DNA from: Bacteroidota bacterium
Lineage (GTDB): Bacteria; Bacteroidota; Bacteroidia; UBA4408
Direction of reading: 5' to 3'
Length of the DNA stretch: 64,000 bases
Assembly (NCBI GenBank): GCA_040385525.1
Contig: JAZKHE010000004.1
Location: forward strand, 35,357-99,356
Positions 9,219 through 18,627 of this stretch are shown piece by piece. The notes under the pieces are model-generated. The model was not told where the DNA came from and made no database searches. It was given only the letters and a program-made list of their open reading frames with translations. The translations under genes were made by a program, and so were the position numbers. Every line of letters begins with the position of its first letter. Position 1 is the first letter of the stretch.

Positions 9219-10484
9219 TTAATATACAAGCAAACTTTTGTTGATAATTTTAGCTTCGGTTTGCACAATTGCATAGTATAAGCCAGTAGGGTAGTTTTTA
9301 TAGTTTACTAGCAAAACATCATCATTATCGGTACTTTCAACAATTTCTATTGGCATTTCTTGTCCAAACGCATTAAAAATTTTAACAATTAGTATTTCAG
9401 AATTATTAACAAGCTTTAAACTGCCAAAACCAGTTGATGGGTTTGGATAAAATTGTACAATATCGGTTTCGCTATTTATTTCTGGCTCAAAATAAACTAA
9501 TTTACTAAAAGTAAAATTACCGTTTGCATCTACTTGCTTTATTCTATAGTATTTCCCTTTAAAAGACAAATCAACCGATATCGAGTAATTGTTTGTTTTA
9601 TTACTATTTCCTGTTCCATTTATTTTTTTAATTGTTTCAAAATCTATTCCGTTGGTTGATTCTTCAACTTCAAAATACGAATTGTTTAACTCTAACGAAG
9701 TGCTCCAATTTATATCTAATACATTATTGTTTTGCACACAATCAAATGCAGAAAAAACGACTGGTAATGGTGTTAAACAAACATTATCAATATGCGCAAC
9801 AACCGAAAAATTATCAATACCCATGTGGTGATCGTTTGCAGCATCATTAACATCAGTAAAGCGCAACATAATTTCTGAATTAGCAGGAATATCAACTAGT
9901 AAACAAGAAGAAACATTACCTGATTGGCTACACGGATAACCCAATAATTGAGCGGAGTTACCACCAGTATCGCCAACGAATTGAGAAAAATTTAAACTAG
10001 AAAAATTAGTGTACGTTCCGCTTGTTAAATCAGTTATAGCTGAAGATGATACTTTGTATGAAAAAATATTTGTATTCAAATTCCCATCGTTTTCGGCCAA
10101 CGAAAACTGAAAATAATCGTAATTAATTTCTAAACTTTTAATAGTGCTCGCACTTGTATTTTTAATTCGTAAACCATAATAAATAGCGCCTGTTGTGCCC
10201 GATGGTCGAGAGCCAATTTTTTGGTCGCTACCACCACTACATCTGTACGAATAAAAACCACCCGTATTTGTTGGAGCAGTTGCTGTAATATTTAAATTAG
10301 TTACACCAAACGTTCCACCCGATTGTGAAGCGTACCAACCTGTGAACGTAGAGTTATTTGACCATGCAGAAATATTGCTTGCTCCAAAATTTTGAAGCAT
10401 TTTGTTGTTTGCTTCATTTATTAAAACTTGAGCATTTGCTGTGTTTGCAATTAATGTTATAGCTAAAAGTAAAATTTTACGCAT
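9219..10484 (-). CDS. Secreted T9SS cargo protein (421 aa) with the shared N-terminal beta-sandwich domain and a C-terminal T9SS sorting domain.
   Basis: Signal peptide MRKILLLAITLIANTANAQ. C-terminus FYPNPSTGFGSLKLV...TGLYYAIVQTEAKIINKSLLVY. Domain ends in ...HHMGIDNFSVV, like its paralogs. Confidence 0.75.
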   Translation of the reverse strand: MRKILLLAITLIANTANAQVLINEANNKMLQNFGASNISAWSNNSTFTGWYASQSGGTFGVTNLNITATAPTNTGGFYSYRCSGGSDQKIGSRPSGTTGAIYYGLRIKNTSASTIKSLEINYDYFQFSLAENDGNLNTNIFSYKVSSSAITDLTSGTYTNFSSLNFSQFVGDTGGNSAQLLGYPCSQSGNVSSCLLVDIPANSEIMLRFTDVNDAANDHHMGIDNFSVVAHIDNVCLTPLPVVFSAFDCVQNNNVLDINWSTSLELNNSYFEVEESTNGIDFETIKKINGTGNSNKTNNYSISVDLSFKGKYYRIKQVDANGNFTFSKLVYFEPEINSETDIVQFYPNPSTGFGSLKLVNNSEILIVKIFNAFGQEMPIEIVESTDNDDVLLVNYKNYPTGLYYAIVQTEAKIINKSLLVY

Positions 10485-10685
10485 GCTGTTTTTTTTTTAC
10501 AAAATAACAATGCGTATGTTAACTAAAGTAGCTTATGTAAGCTACTATATTATTACTATTGTATTAATAGTGTTATGAAATGGTTAGTGGAATTTTAATT
10601 AAAAATTACTTAAGAAAAAAATGATTAGTCTTTTAATTTTCAATTAAGTTCTATAAAACTGATAATTATCTATTAACGGAATATT

Positions 10686-10888
10686 TTTTCTTTTTCCTTG
10701 ATGAAAAAGAAACAAAAAATCAAGACTGCTGAAAAATAAAACGAAAATCTACATTTCTATTTTTTCACGTAACCAAAGCCGTTCGTGCGCCACACAATGC
10801 TAATCAACTCACTCGTTGATTACTTACTTTTTTCCCTCGCTAAAAATATCATTTGATTTTCTTGTTTTATTTTTCAAAGGTCAATCCC
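10686..10888. repeat. ~204-bp intergenic repeat, copy 1. No coding capacity; candidate sRNA or regulatory element.
   Basis: ~90% identical to 13033-13236. The first ~100 nt are near-identical, the middle has diverged, and the last 38 nt (ATTTGATTTTCTTGTTTTATTTTTCAAAGGTCAATCCC) are identical. Contains hairpins CTTGAT..ATCAAG and AATCAAC-TCACTC-GTTGATT. Confidence 0.6.
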
Positions 10889-10912
10889 TAGTTATAGCTA
10901 GTTACAAAAAAA

Positions 10913-11815
10913 CTACTTAACTATAAATTTTAAAAATGTTTTTTTATATTCATCAATTCCCATTGTATTGGGAACGCTACCATGCCCGCCACCACTAACT
11001 CGGTGTGCTTCGCTGTAAAAACCTTTGTAGTTTTTATAAACTACTTCGCCATGTGTTTCAATACTTAAAAAATCATCTTTTGTGCCGTGTATCCACATAA
11101 ATGGTTGCGAAACTTTTTTAATTTCTTCAGCATTATCAATTTTTAAATCGGTAAAGTACTCTGCAGGCATAGCCATTTTAGAGCCATCTTGCACCATAAC
11201 CGCAGCCGAAGCAAATGGTGCTTCTAAAATTAATTTACTAGGAACTAACGTTCTAGGATTTGCAGTAAGTTCTGTTGCGGGTGCCGAACCTAAACTAAAA
11301 CCATACATAATTAATCGTTTGTTATCCAATCCGTTTGCTTGCAACCATTGTAAACAAGCGTCAACATCTGCATACAAACCTTCTTCTGTAGCTACTCCTT
11401 TTGATAATCCATAACCACGATAATCCATCATTAAAACTCCGTAATGATTTTTTGCGCCTACGTTTGCTAACAATTTTGCTCGTTGCCAGTAAAAATCCAT
11501 ATGATCGCGATTGCCGTGACAATAAACAATAATAGTATCTGTTTTAATTTTAGAAATACTACCTATATAAATGGCTTTTATTTCTGTAGATTCTTTTTCG
11601 GAAGCTGTTTTAGAATTTAAAGAAAATAAGTGAATTAATGAATCAGGAATAGTGTAGGTTTCGTCTAATATAAAATCTACTTCGCCAGCATAATTATCTA
11701 AATAATATTCAGTAATTGTATTGTCGCTGTTGTATAAATTAGCATCTAATCTAAGACAAGAAGTAACTAAAATTAGAGCTGAAAATAGAAAAATATTTTT
11801 TGTAATTGATTTCAT
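10913..11815 (-). CDS. Alpha/beta-hydrolase fold lipoprotein (esterase/peptidase-like).
   Basis: Lipoprotein signal MKSITKNIFLFSALILVTSC. Nucleophile elbow GFSLGS (GxSxG). HGNRDH region typical of alpha/beta hydrolases. Confidence 0.7.
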   Translation of the reverse strand: MKSITKNIFLFSALILVTSCLRLDANLYNSDNTITEYYLDNYAGEVDFILDETYTIPDSLIHLFSLNSKTASEKESTEIKAIYIGSISKIKTDTIIVYCHGNRDHMDFYWQRAKLLANVGAKNHYGVLMMDYRGYGLSKGVATEEGLYADVDACLQWLQANGLDNKRLIMYGFSLGSAPATELTANPRTLVPSKLILEAPFASAAVMVQDGSKMAMPAEYFTDLKIDNAEEIKKVSQPFMWIHGTKDDFLSIETHGEVVYKNYKGFYSEAHRVSGGGHGSVPNTMGIDEYKKTFLKFIVK

Positions 11816-12058
11816 AAAGCATTTAAATTACTCTACAAAATTAGCAAAGAAAATATAAGTAACTAATAAATAGATACTTCGTATCGAGCACAATAATTAA
11901 ATTTCAACCACATAGATACATAGTTTTTTAGTTAAAATTAGAAAAACATAGTTTTTCGCTATGCGAAAAAGCTATGCCATCTTAGTGTTCTTGTTTTTCG
12001 ATGTTACTATTTGGTAAAAAAAAGACTGCTTCGTTCCTCGCAGAATAGTTGGTTAAAA

Positions 12059-12856
12059 TTACAACCTAATTCCCACAAGGGAAACATCGTCTGTTTGGTG
12101 CATATTTCCTTTCCAAGTTTCAAAAACAAATTCAAACAATTCTTTTTGCTTTCCCATAGTTTCATTACTATAATTTTGCAAAACATTTAGCAATCTTTTT
12201 CTACTAAACTTTTTAGAATTATTTTCATCAAATTGGTGTTTTACTCCATCAGAAAAAAAGTATAAACTAGTAGCTTCTTTTAGTTCAATTTTAAAAGTCT
12301 CAAACGAACGATTTTTTTCTATTTGCCAACCTCCAATAGGAAAACTATTCCCCTTAAATAAATTTATTTCATTATTCTGAATTACAGCAAATTCGCCACC
12401 AGCAGAAGCGTACTCTAACGTTTTATCTATAGTGTTATAAGCAACTAGCGTTATTTCTAACCAATCGTTATTAAAATAAGTATCGTGAGTTTCGTTATTA
12501 AAAGTTTCAATCCATTTTTTATCTAACTCTGTTAAATAATCACCAATTTTTTCAAACTTTTTTTGAATAATGTAATTCAATAAACTTATTCCCAAAACCG
12601 ACAACATAGCTGCAGAAGTACCATGCCCAGTGCAATCAGCCAAAGCAAAATAAACGATATTTTCTTTTTTTAATAACCAATAAAAATCACCGCTAATTTT
12701 GTTTTGTGGCGCGTAATACACAAAATAATCTGAGAAATGTTTTTCAAAATGTCGGCTTTTGGGAAGCAATCCATTTTGAATGGTTTGCGCATAAACAAGG
12801 CTTTGAACGTGATGTTCGTTAACTGTATTCAAATGTAGTTCTTTTATACTATTCAT
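12059..12856 (-). CDS. PP2C-family (SpoIIE/RsbU-like) serine phosphatase domain protein.
   Basis: Motif FALADCTGHGTSAAMLSV (D-x-TGHG) is characteristic of the SpoIIE/PP2C phosphatase domain. 265 aa. Confidence 0.65.
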   Translation of the reverse strand: MNSIKELHLNTVNEHHVQSLVYAQTIQNGLLPKSRHFEKHFSDYFVYYAPQNKISGDFYWLLKKENIVYFALADCTGHGTSAAMLSVLGISLLNYIIQKKFEKIGDYLTELDKKWIETFNNETHDTYFNNDWLEITLVAYNTIDKTLEYASAGGEFAVIQNNEINLFKGNSFPIGGWQIEKNRSFETFKIELKEATSLYFFSDGVKHQFDENNSKKFSRKRLLNVLQNYSNETMGKQKELFEFVFETWKGNMHQTDDVSLVGIRL

Positions 12857-13032
12857 AGTACAAAGAACACGTTAGCATATAAACAAAAAGCTATGCCAAG
12901 GTTAGCGAATTATTAATTCGCCTAAACAAAAAATTTTAACGATGAATTTTAATTGAATTTTTCAAAAGACAATACTTATAATTTCAATGAAACTAAACTT
13001 TTAAAAACTGAAATCTAACTAAACACTGAGCA

Positions 13033-13236
13033 TTTTTTCTTTTTTCTTGATAAAAAAGAAACAAAAAATCAAGACTGCTGAAAAATAAAACGAAAATCTA
13101 CATTTCTATTTTTTCACGTAACCAAAGCCGTTCGTGCCTAGCGCAATGCTTTTCAACTCACTTGTTGATTACTTACATAACCCACGCTAAAAATCTCATT
13201 TGATTTTCTTGTTTTATTTTTCAAAGGTCAATCCCG
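13033..13236. repeat. ~204-bp intergenic repeat, copy 2.
   Basis: See copy 1. Lies immediately 3' of gene 13276-13680 and 5' of the PP2C gene. Confidence 0.6.
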
Positions 13237-13275
13237 AAAAAAAACTTGTGGTATAATTATAGAGATTAATTATTT

Positions 13276-13680
13276 TTAATAAGCTAAATCTTCTATAAAG
13301 AAAAAGAAAACTACAGCAGCTACCCATTCTTTTCTTACGCCTTTACATTCGCCTAATCTGCTGCCATTGTAGTAAATATCGCCATCGCTTTCTATTTGTC
13401 CAATTCGGCTTCCATTTTTGTAAACATCTCCATCACTTTCTATCTGGCCAACACGACTTCCATTTTTATAAATATCGCCATCGCTTTCTATCTGTCCTAC
13501 TCTACTTCCGTTAACGTAAATATCGCCATCGTTTTCTATTTGTCCTTTACGAGAGCCATTAATATAAACATCGCCATCGTTTTCTATTTCGCCTTTACGA
13601 CTTCCTTTAATGTATAGGCTTTGCGCAGAAACTGCAGTGTATAAAAAAACACTAAATAAAATTAAGATTGCTTTTTTCAT
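13276..13680 (-). CDS. Small secreted protein made of six tandem 13-residue repeats (GSRxGQIExDGDxYxN).
   Basis: Signal peptide MKKAILILFSVFLYTAVSAQ. Repeats: GSRKGEIENDGDVYIN / GSRKGQIENDGDIYVN / GSRVGQIESDGDIYKN, six in total. The repeat is also visible at DNA level (39-nt periodicity). Confidence 0.6.
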   Translation of the reverse strand: MKKAILILFSVFLYTAVSAQSLYIKGSRKGEIENDGDVYINGSRKGQIENDGDIYVNGSRVGQIESDGDIYKNGSRVGQIESDGDVYKNGSRIGQIESDGDIYYNGSRLGECKGVRKEWVAAVVFFFFIEDLAY

Positions 13681-13704
13681 TGTTTTATTTTTTAAGATTT
13701 ATAA

Positions 13705-14385
13705 TTAAAAATTACGTTGCACTCCAAAATAAATTCCTAATGCTCCTTTTTTACCAAAAAACTTTACATAATCAACTACTAAATTTTGATTAGAAACTGT
13801 TGGTAATAAATATTTTGCTTCTGTTGTAAAACTCCATTTTCCATTATTAAAAACATGCCCAATATGTGGATTTAACAACATAAAATTATTTTGTGGCTCG
13901 CCATGTGCACGTGTTTTTTCGCGTTCAAACCAATTGGTTAATCCGCCATAGAGCATATTTTCTTTATCTTTTTTATAATTCCAATAGGCATTTAAATCTA
14001 CTTGTGGCCAAACTCTAAATCCTGTTTTAAATTTATGAACGGCAACATTTACAGCACCTAAAGCAGATACACCAAAACGTTTGTTTTCATTGAAATATAA
14101 ATTTCTTACCGCACCTAAATCGGTTTGAAAATTACCAAACAAAGCCGATGTTGTGTGCAAGCCTGCAAACATTGTAGTTTTTTCGGTTACACCATATCCA
14201 TAAGAAATTGTTGTGTAAGGAATTGGAATGGGCGCACCTGCAAAATTAATCATTGGCCCGCCTAAACTAACATTTACAGCTTGTTCATCTTTCTTTAAAG
14301 GCTTTACATAGCGTGTAGGATTACAAGCTACAAAAGCTAATGCTACTATAAATAAAAAAAAGTTTTTTAAAATCCTAATTCGCAT
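13705..14385 (-). CDS. Outer-membrane beta-barrel-like lipoprotein (hypothetical).
   Basis: Lipobox ...ALAFVAC. Alternating hydrophobic beta-strand pattern. C-terminal ...YFGVQRNF with terminal Phe, typical of OM beta-barrels. Confidence 0.5.
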   Translation of the reverse strand: MRIRILKNFFLFIVALAFVACNPTRYVKPLKKDEQAVNVSLGGPMINFAGAPIPIPYTTISYGYGVTEKTTMFAGLHTTSALFGNFQTDLGAVRNLYFNENKRFGVSALGAVNVAVHKFKTGFRVWPQVDLNAYWNYKKDKENMLYGGLTNWFEREKTRAHGEPQNNFMLLNPHIGHVFNNGKWSFTTEAKYLLPTVSNQNLVVDYVKFFGKKGALGIYFGVQRNF

Positions 14386-14821
14386 AAATATCTTTAATTT
14401 TTTTAGCTACAATTTTATCAATCGAAAAAGTAACATCATCATCAGAAAAGTCTTTTAAATCAACCCACCTAAAACTTTGTGCTCCGTCAATATTCGGAAT
14501 TTCATTTTTAGTTTCAACAAAACTTATTCCAAACTCGTTTTGGTGCTCCATTAAATAATAAATACTCATCAATTGCTCTTTTTTACCAAATGCCGATTTG
14601 ATAAAAAAATCGGTAGTATAAAAGTGTTGTTTTACTTTTGCTTCAATATTCATTTCTTCCTTGCACTCTCTTAAAACACAGTCAATTAAGCCTTCTTCAG
14701 CTTCTAATCCACCACCAGGAAACTTAGTCATAAACATGCCAACTCTATATTCATCTGTCAACAAAACTTTATTGTTTTGTATAAAAATAGCATACGCACG
14801 AATATTATAAATATTACTCAT
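14375..14821 (-). CDS. NUDIX hydrolase.
   Basis: Nudix box GGGLEAEEGLIDCVLRECKEEMNIEA. The ORF extends to 14863; the Met at 14821 (MSNIYNIRAY...) is the more likely start. Confidence 0.7.
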   Translation of the reverse strand: MSNIYNIRAYAIFIQNNKVLLTDEYRVGMFMTKFPGGGLEAEEGLIDCVLRECKEEMNIEAKVKQHFYTTDFFIKSAFGKKEQLMSIYYLMEHQNEFGISFVETKNEIPNIDGAQSFRWVDLKDFSDDDVTFSIDKIVAKKIKDIYAN

Positions 14822-15135
14822 AGCTAATTTTATTATTTTTACAGGTGTTTTCAGCACATCCACAGCTGTTTGCTTTTAATTTTTTAAATCGCATAAAAAT
14901 TCGTTTTGCTATAAAAAGCAAAGCAAAAAGTAAACAAATTAAAGCGATTATAAACTGAAGCATAAGCATTAAAACTGAGTTCTAAATTACAATTTTATTC
15001 GCTCAAAAATAAAAATGAACATTTACTCCATAAAATTAAACAAATATTAATAAGTTTTCGGCTAAAAATATGGCTTTTTACAAAATTTATAGTAGGTTTG
15101 TTAGCTTACAGAAACCGACTAGTTTTTAATTGTTT

Positions 15136-17118
15136 ATGCTAAAGTTTGACAGAAAAAAATACAAAGACGACGTATTAATTCATATCTACAAAAACATTGT
15201 AAAACCGCGTATGATAGAAGAAAAAATGCTTCTATTATTACGTCAGGGAAAAATTTCAAAATGGTTTTCGGGCATTGGCCAAGAGGCAATTTCGGTTGGT
15301 TCTACCCTAGCTCTTCAATCTGATGAATATATTTTGCCAATGCACCGCAATTTAGGTGTGTTTACTGCGCGCGAAATCCCTTTGTATCGCTTGTTTTGCC
15401 AATGGCAAGGCACAAGCAGTGGTTTTACTAAAGGAAGAGATCGTTCGTTTCACTTTGGTACAAATGAGTATTCAATAGTTGGAATGATTTCGCACTTAGG
15501 CCCGCAAATGGGCGTTGCCGATGGTATTGCCTTAGGTCATTTATTGCGTAAAGAACCAAAAATCACGCAAGTTTATACAGGTGATGGTGGTGCTAGCGAA
15601 GGCGATTTTCATGAGGCAATGAATACTGCCGCTGTTTGGAATTTACCAGTTTTATTTACGGTAGAAAACAATGGCTATGGTTTATCAACACCTAGCAACC
15701 AACAATTCCGTTGCAAAAACTTTATTGATAAGGGTATTGGTTACGGTATGGAAGCCATTAAAATTGATGGTAACAATGTGTTGGAAGTTTATGATACTGT
15801 TAAACGTTTAGCAGAATCGATGCGTACAAACCCACGCCCAATTTTATTAGAATGTATAACTTTTAGAATGCGTGGACACGAGGAGGCATCGGGAACAAAA
15901 TACATTCCAAAAGAATTGTTTGAAGAATGGGGCAAAAAAGATCCAGTAGATAATTACGAGAAATTTTTGTTAGATGAATCTGTTTTATCAAAAGAATTAG
16001 TTGCTGAAATTCGCGCAGAAATTAAAAAAGAAATTGAAGAAAATTTAGAAATTGCTTGGGCTGATAGTCCTGTTACTGTTAGTACGGAAACAGAATACAA
16101 AGATTTGTTTACTGATTTTGATAACGTAGCGATTGCTCCTTCAACTCAAAATAAAACTGAAAAAAGATTTATCGATTCTATCAGCGACGGCTTAAAACAA
16201 GCCATGCAGCGCCATCCCAATTTAGTTTTAATGGGCCAAGATATTGGCGATTACGGTGGAGTTTTTAAAATTACTGATGGTTTTGTAAGCGAATTTGGCG
16301 CTGAAAGAGTTAGAAATACTCCGTTATGCGAATCTGCTATTTTAGGTGCTGGTTTGGGTTTAGCCATAAACAAACACAAAGCAATGGTAGAAATGCAGTT
16401 TGCCGATTTTGTTACCGAAGGTTTTAATCAAATTGTAAATAATTTAGCAAAATCACACTGGCGTTGGGGACAAAATGCTGATGTGGTTGTGCGTATGCCA
16501 ACCGGTGCAGGTACTGCTGCTGGGCCATTCCACTCACAATCTAACGAAGCTTGGTTTTTTCATACACCAGGTTTAAAAATAGTTTATCCTGCTTTTCCAA
16601 ACGATGCAAAAGGCTTATTATTGGCTAGTTTTGAAGATCCAAACCCAGTAATGTTTTTTGAACACAAAGCATTGTACAGAAGTTTGAAAGAAGAAATTTA
16701 TGATGACTTTTTTACTATCGAAATTGGTAAAGCAAATTTGATAAAAGAAGGAGATAAAGTTTCTATTATTACATACGGATATGGCGTGCATTGGGCATTA
16801 GAAGTATTAGCTAAACACCCAGAAATTTCTGCTGACGTGTTAGATTTAAGAACGCTTTTACCATTTGATAAAGAAGCCATTGAAAAAACAGTTTTAAAAA
16901 CTGGTAAAGCAATTATTTTACACGAAGACACTTTAATTGGTGGTATTGGAGGCGAAATTTCTGCATTTATTACAGAAAATTATTTTAAACATTTAGATGC
17001 TCCAGTAATGCGCTCTGCAAGTTTAGATACACCAATTCCTTTTCAAAGCGATTTAGAGTGGAATTTTTTACCTAAAAAGAGATTTGAAGAACAATTAATT
17101 AATTTATTAAACTATTAA
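15136..17118 (+). CDS. Fused E1 alpha/beta subunit of a thiamine-diphosphate-dependent 2-oxoacid dehydrogenase (branched-chain/2-oxoisovalerate dehydrogenase E1-like).
   Basis: TPP-binding region GDGGASEGDFHEAMNTAAVWNLPVLFTVENNGYG in the N-terminal half. Transketolase-like beta-subunit half (MPTGAGTAAGPFHSQS...). The ORF track starts at a TTG at 15130; the ATG at 15136 is preferred. Confidence 0.8.
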   Translation: MLKFDRKKYKDDVLIHIYKNIVKPRMIEEKMLLLLRQGKISKWFSGIGQEAISVGSTLALQSDEYILPMHRNLGVFTAREIPLYRLFCQWQGTSSGFTKGRDRSFHFGTNEYSIVGMISHLGPQMGVADGIALGHLLRKEPKITQVYTGDGGASEGDFHEAMNTAAVWNLPVLFTVENNGYGLSTPSNQQFRCKNFIDKGIGYGMEAIKIDGNNVLEVYDTVKRLAESMRTNPRPILLECITFRMRGHEEASGTKYIPKELFEEWGKKDPVDNYEKFLLDESVLSKELVAEIRAEIKKEIEENLEIAWADSPVTVSTETEYKDLFTDFDNVAIAPSTQNKTEKRFIDSISDGLKQAMQRHPNLVLMGQDIGDYGGVFKITDGFVSEFGAERVRNTPLCESAILGAGLGLAINKHKAMVEMQFADFVTEGFNQIVNNLAKSHWRWGQNADVVVRMPTGAGTAAGPFHSQSNEAWFFHTPGLKIVYPAFPNDAKGLLLASFEDPNPVMFFEHKALYRSLKEEIYDDFFTIEIGKANLIKEGDKVSIITYGYGVHWALEVLAKHPEISADVLDLRTLLPFDKEAIEKTVLKTGKAIILHEDTLIGGIGGEISAFITENYFKHLDAPVMRSASLDTPIPFQSDLEWNFLPKKRFEEQLINLLNY

Positions 17119-17119
17119 T

Positions 17120-18580
17120 ATGCGAGTAATTAGCCTTGTAATTTTGTTTTTTTATTGCTCATTTACAGGGCAATTAAGCGCACAAAACACCAAAATATAT
17201 TTTACATTAAATGATGCTATGGCAAATCCTACGCAAGTTTTTAAATTAAACTTAAGCGGAAGTAAACTAACTAAATTACCCGAAGATATTAGCCAATTTA
17301 CAAATCTTACCTATTTAGATTTGAGTAATAATGAGCTAAAGGAACTGCCTAAAAACTTTTCGAAACTTCAAAACTTAAAATTTTTAAATCTAGGTTTAAA
17401 TAATTTCGATCATATTCCTGAATCTATTTTTGAAATGAGTCAGCTACAAGAATTATTTATTTTTAATAATTACGTAATTGAAATTCCTAAAAATATTAAT
17501 AAACTAAAACTGCTTCAAACTTTTGACTTTACATCAAATTATGTAAAAGAAATTCCTGCTGAATTATTGCAATTAGAACAGATTAGCGAAATATTAGGAG
17601 AATCTAACCGAATTAAAGAATTACCTGTTGGATTTTTAAATTTAAAAAACTTACATACTTTGTTGCTAGGTGATAATCCAATAAATAAAATACCAACAGA
17701 AATTTATAAACTTCAAAATTTAAAGTATTTATCAATTCCAATAAAAACAGAACAAAGTGCAGAGAAATCAGCACTTAGACAATCGCTTAAAAAAACCAAA
17801 ATTTCCTTTAACGATTTTAAAGACACACTTAGTAACGATACTACTATTCGCAACGAAGCATTTAATTTAAAAGCTAAAGTACTTCGTGGTAACAGAGCCG
17901 ACAACTCTCCTATCACTATGCAAAATATTAAGTTGAAAGAAGAAAATAGTGATGTTTATGTGTCTACTTTTTCTGACAGCAATGGTGATTTTGAGTTTAT
18001 GAATTTATCAATTGAAAAAATATATACACTAGAATTAGAAAATCATAATTTAGGTGAAAACGAAAATATATATTTGGCAAAATCCAATGGAGAAATTATA
18101 AAAACACTAAAAGCAGACGATAATGGAAACTTTGTTTTTGAATTTTTACCACAAGAAATATACACCATCAAAACTTTAAAAGATGAAGATGCTGTGCTAT
18201 TTACTACCCATACTCCAAAAAACAATTACGAAACACAAACCATTTATTTTAAATCAGCTAGTTTTGATTTAACTAATGAAGACAAATTAAAGTTAGATGC
18301 AGTTGTAAATAAATTAAAAAAAGAAGTTAAAAAAAATCTTGAAATAGTTTCGTACACTGATTCACGAGGAGAAGATAAAGACAATTTAATTTTATCTAAA
18401 AAAAGATCGGAAGCAGTTTTAAATTATTTAGTTGAAAAAGGCATTACTAAAAACCGAATTAAAGCTTTTGGTATGGGCGAAACAAAACTATTAAACAAGT
18501 GCTCTAACAATGCAGCTTGCACCGAAGAAGAGCATCAAATTAACCGAAGAACTGAGTTTAGATTTTATACTAAAAAGTAA
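17120..18580 (+). CDS. Leucine-rich-repeat protein with a CarbopepD_reg-like beta-sandwich and a C-terminal OmpA-like peptidoglycan-binding domain.
   Basis: Signal peptide. LRRs (LTYLDLSNNELKELPKNFSKLQNLKFLNLGLNNF...). OmpA-like motif TDSRGEDKDNLILSKKRSEAVLNYLVEKGI...NRRTEFRF. The start is 1 nt after the upstream stop. Confidence 0.75.
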   Translation: MRVISLVILFFYCSFTGQLSAQNTKIYFTLNDAMANPTQVFKLNLSGSKLTKLPEDISQFTNLTYLDLSNNELKELPKNFSKLQNLKFLNLGLNNFDHIPESIFEMSQLQELFIFNNYVIEIPKNINKLKLLQTFDFTSNYVKEIPAELLQLEQISEILGESNRIKELPVGFLNLKNLHTLLLGDNPINKIPTEIYKLQNLKYLSIPIKTEQSAEKSALRQSLKKTKISFNDFKDTLSNDTTIRNEAFNLKAKVLRGNRADNSPITMQNIKLKEENSDVYVSTFSDSNGDFEFMNLSIEKIYTLELENHNLGENENIYLAKSNGEIIKTLKADDNGNFVFEFLPQEIYTIKTLKDEDAVLFTTHTPKNNYETQTIYFKSASFDLTNEDKLKLDAVVNKLKKEVKKNLEIVSYTDSRGEDKDNLILSKKRSEAVLNYLVEKGITKNRIKAFGMGETKLLNKCSNNAACTEEEHQINRRTEFRFYTKK

Positions 18581-18627
18581 TTTATTTACTGCCTTGCAAT
18601 TTAATTTTTCAAAACAATTCAATTTTC

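Noticed and set aside
10705-10744. 12-codon ORF (MKKKQKIKTAEK) inside the 204-bp repeat
   Set aside because: The ATG is ATA in the second copy. Not conserved as coding.
15130-15135. TTG start proposed by the ORF track for the E1 alpha/beta gene
   Set aside because: An in-frame ATG two codons downstream (15136) is the more conventional start. The extension adds only MF.
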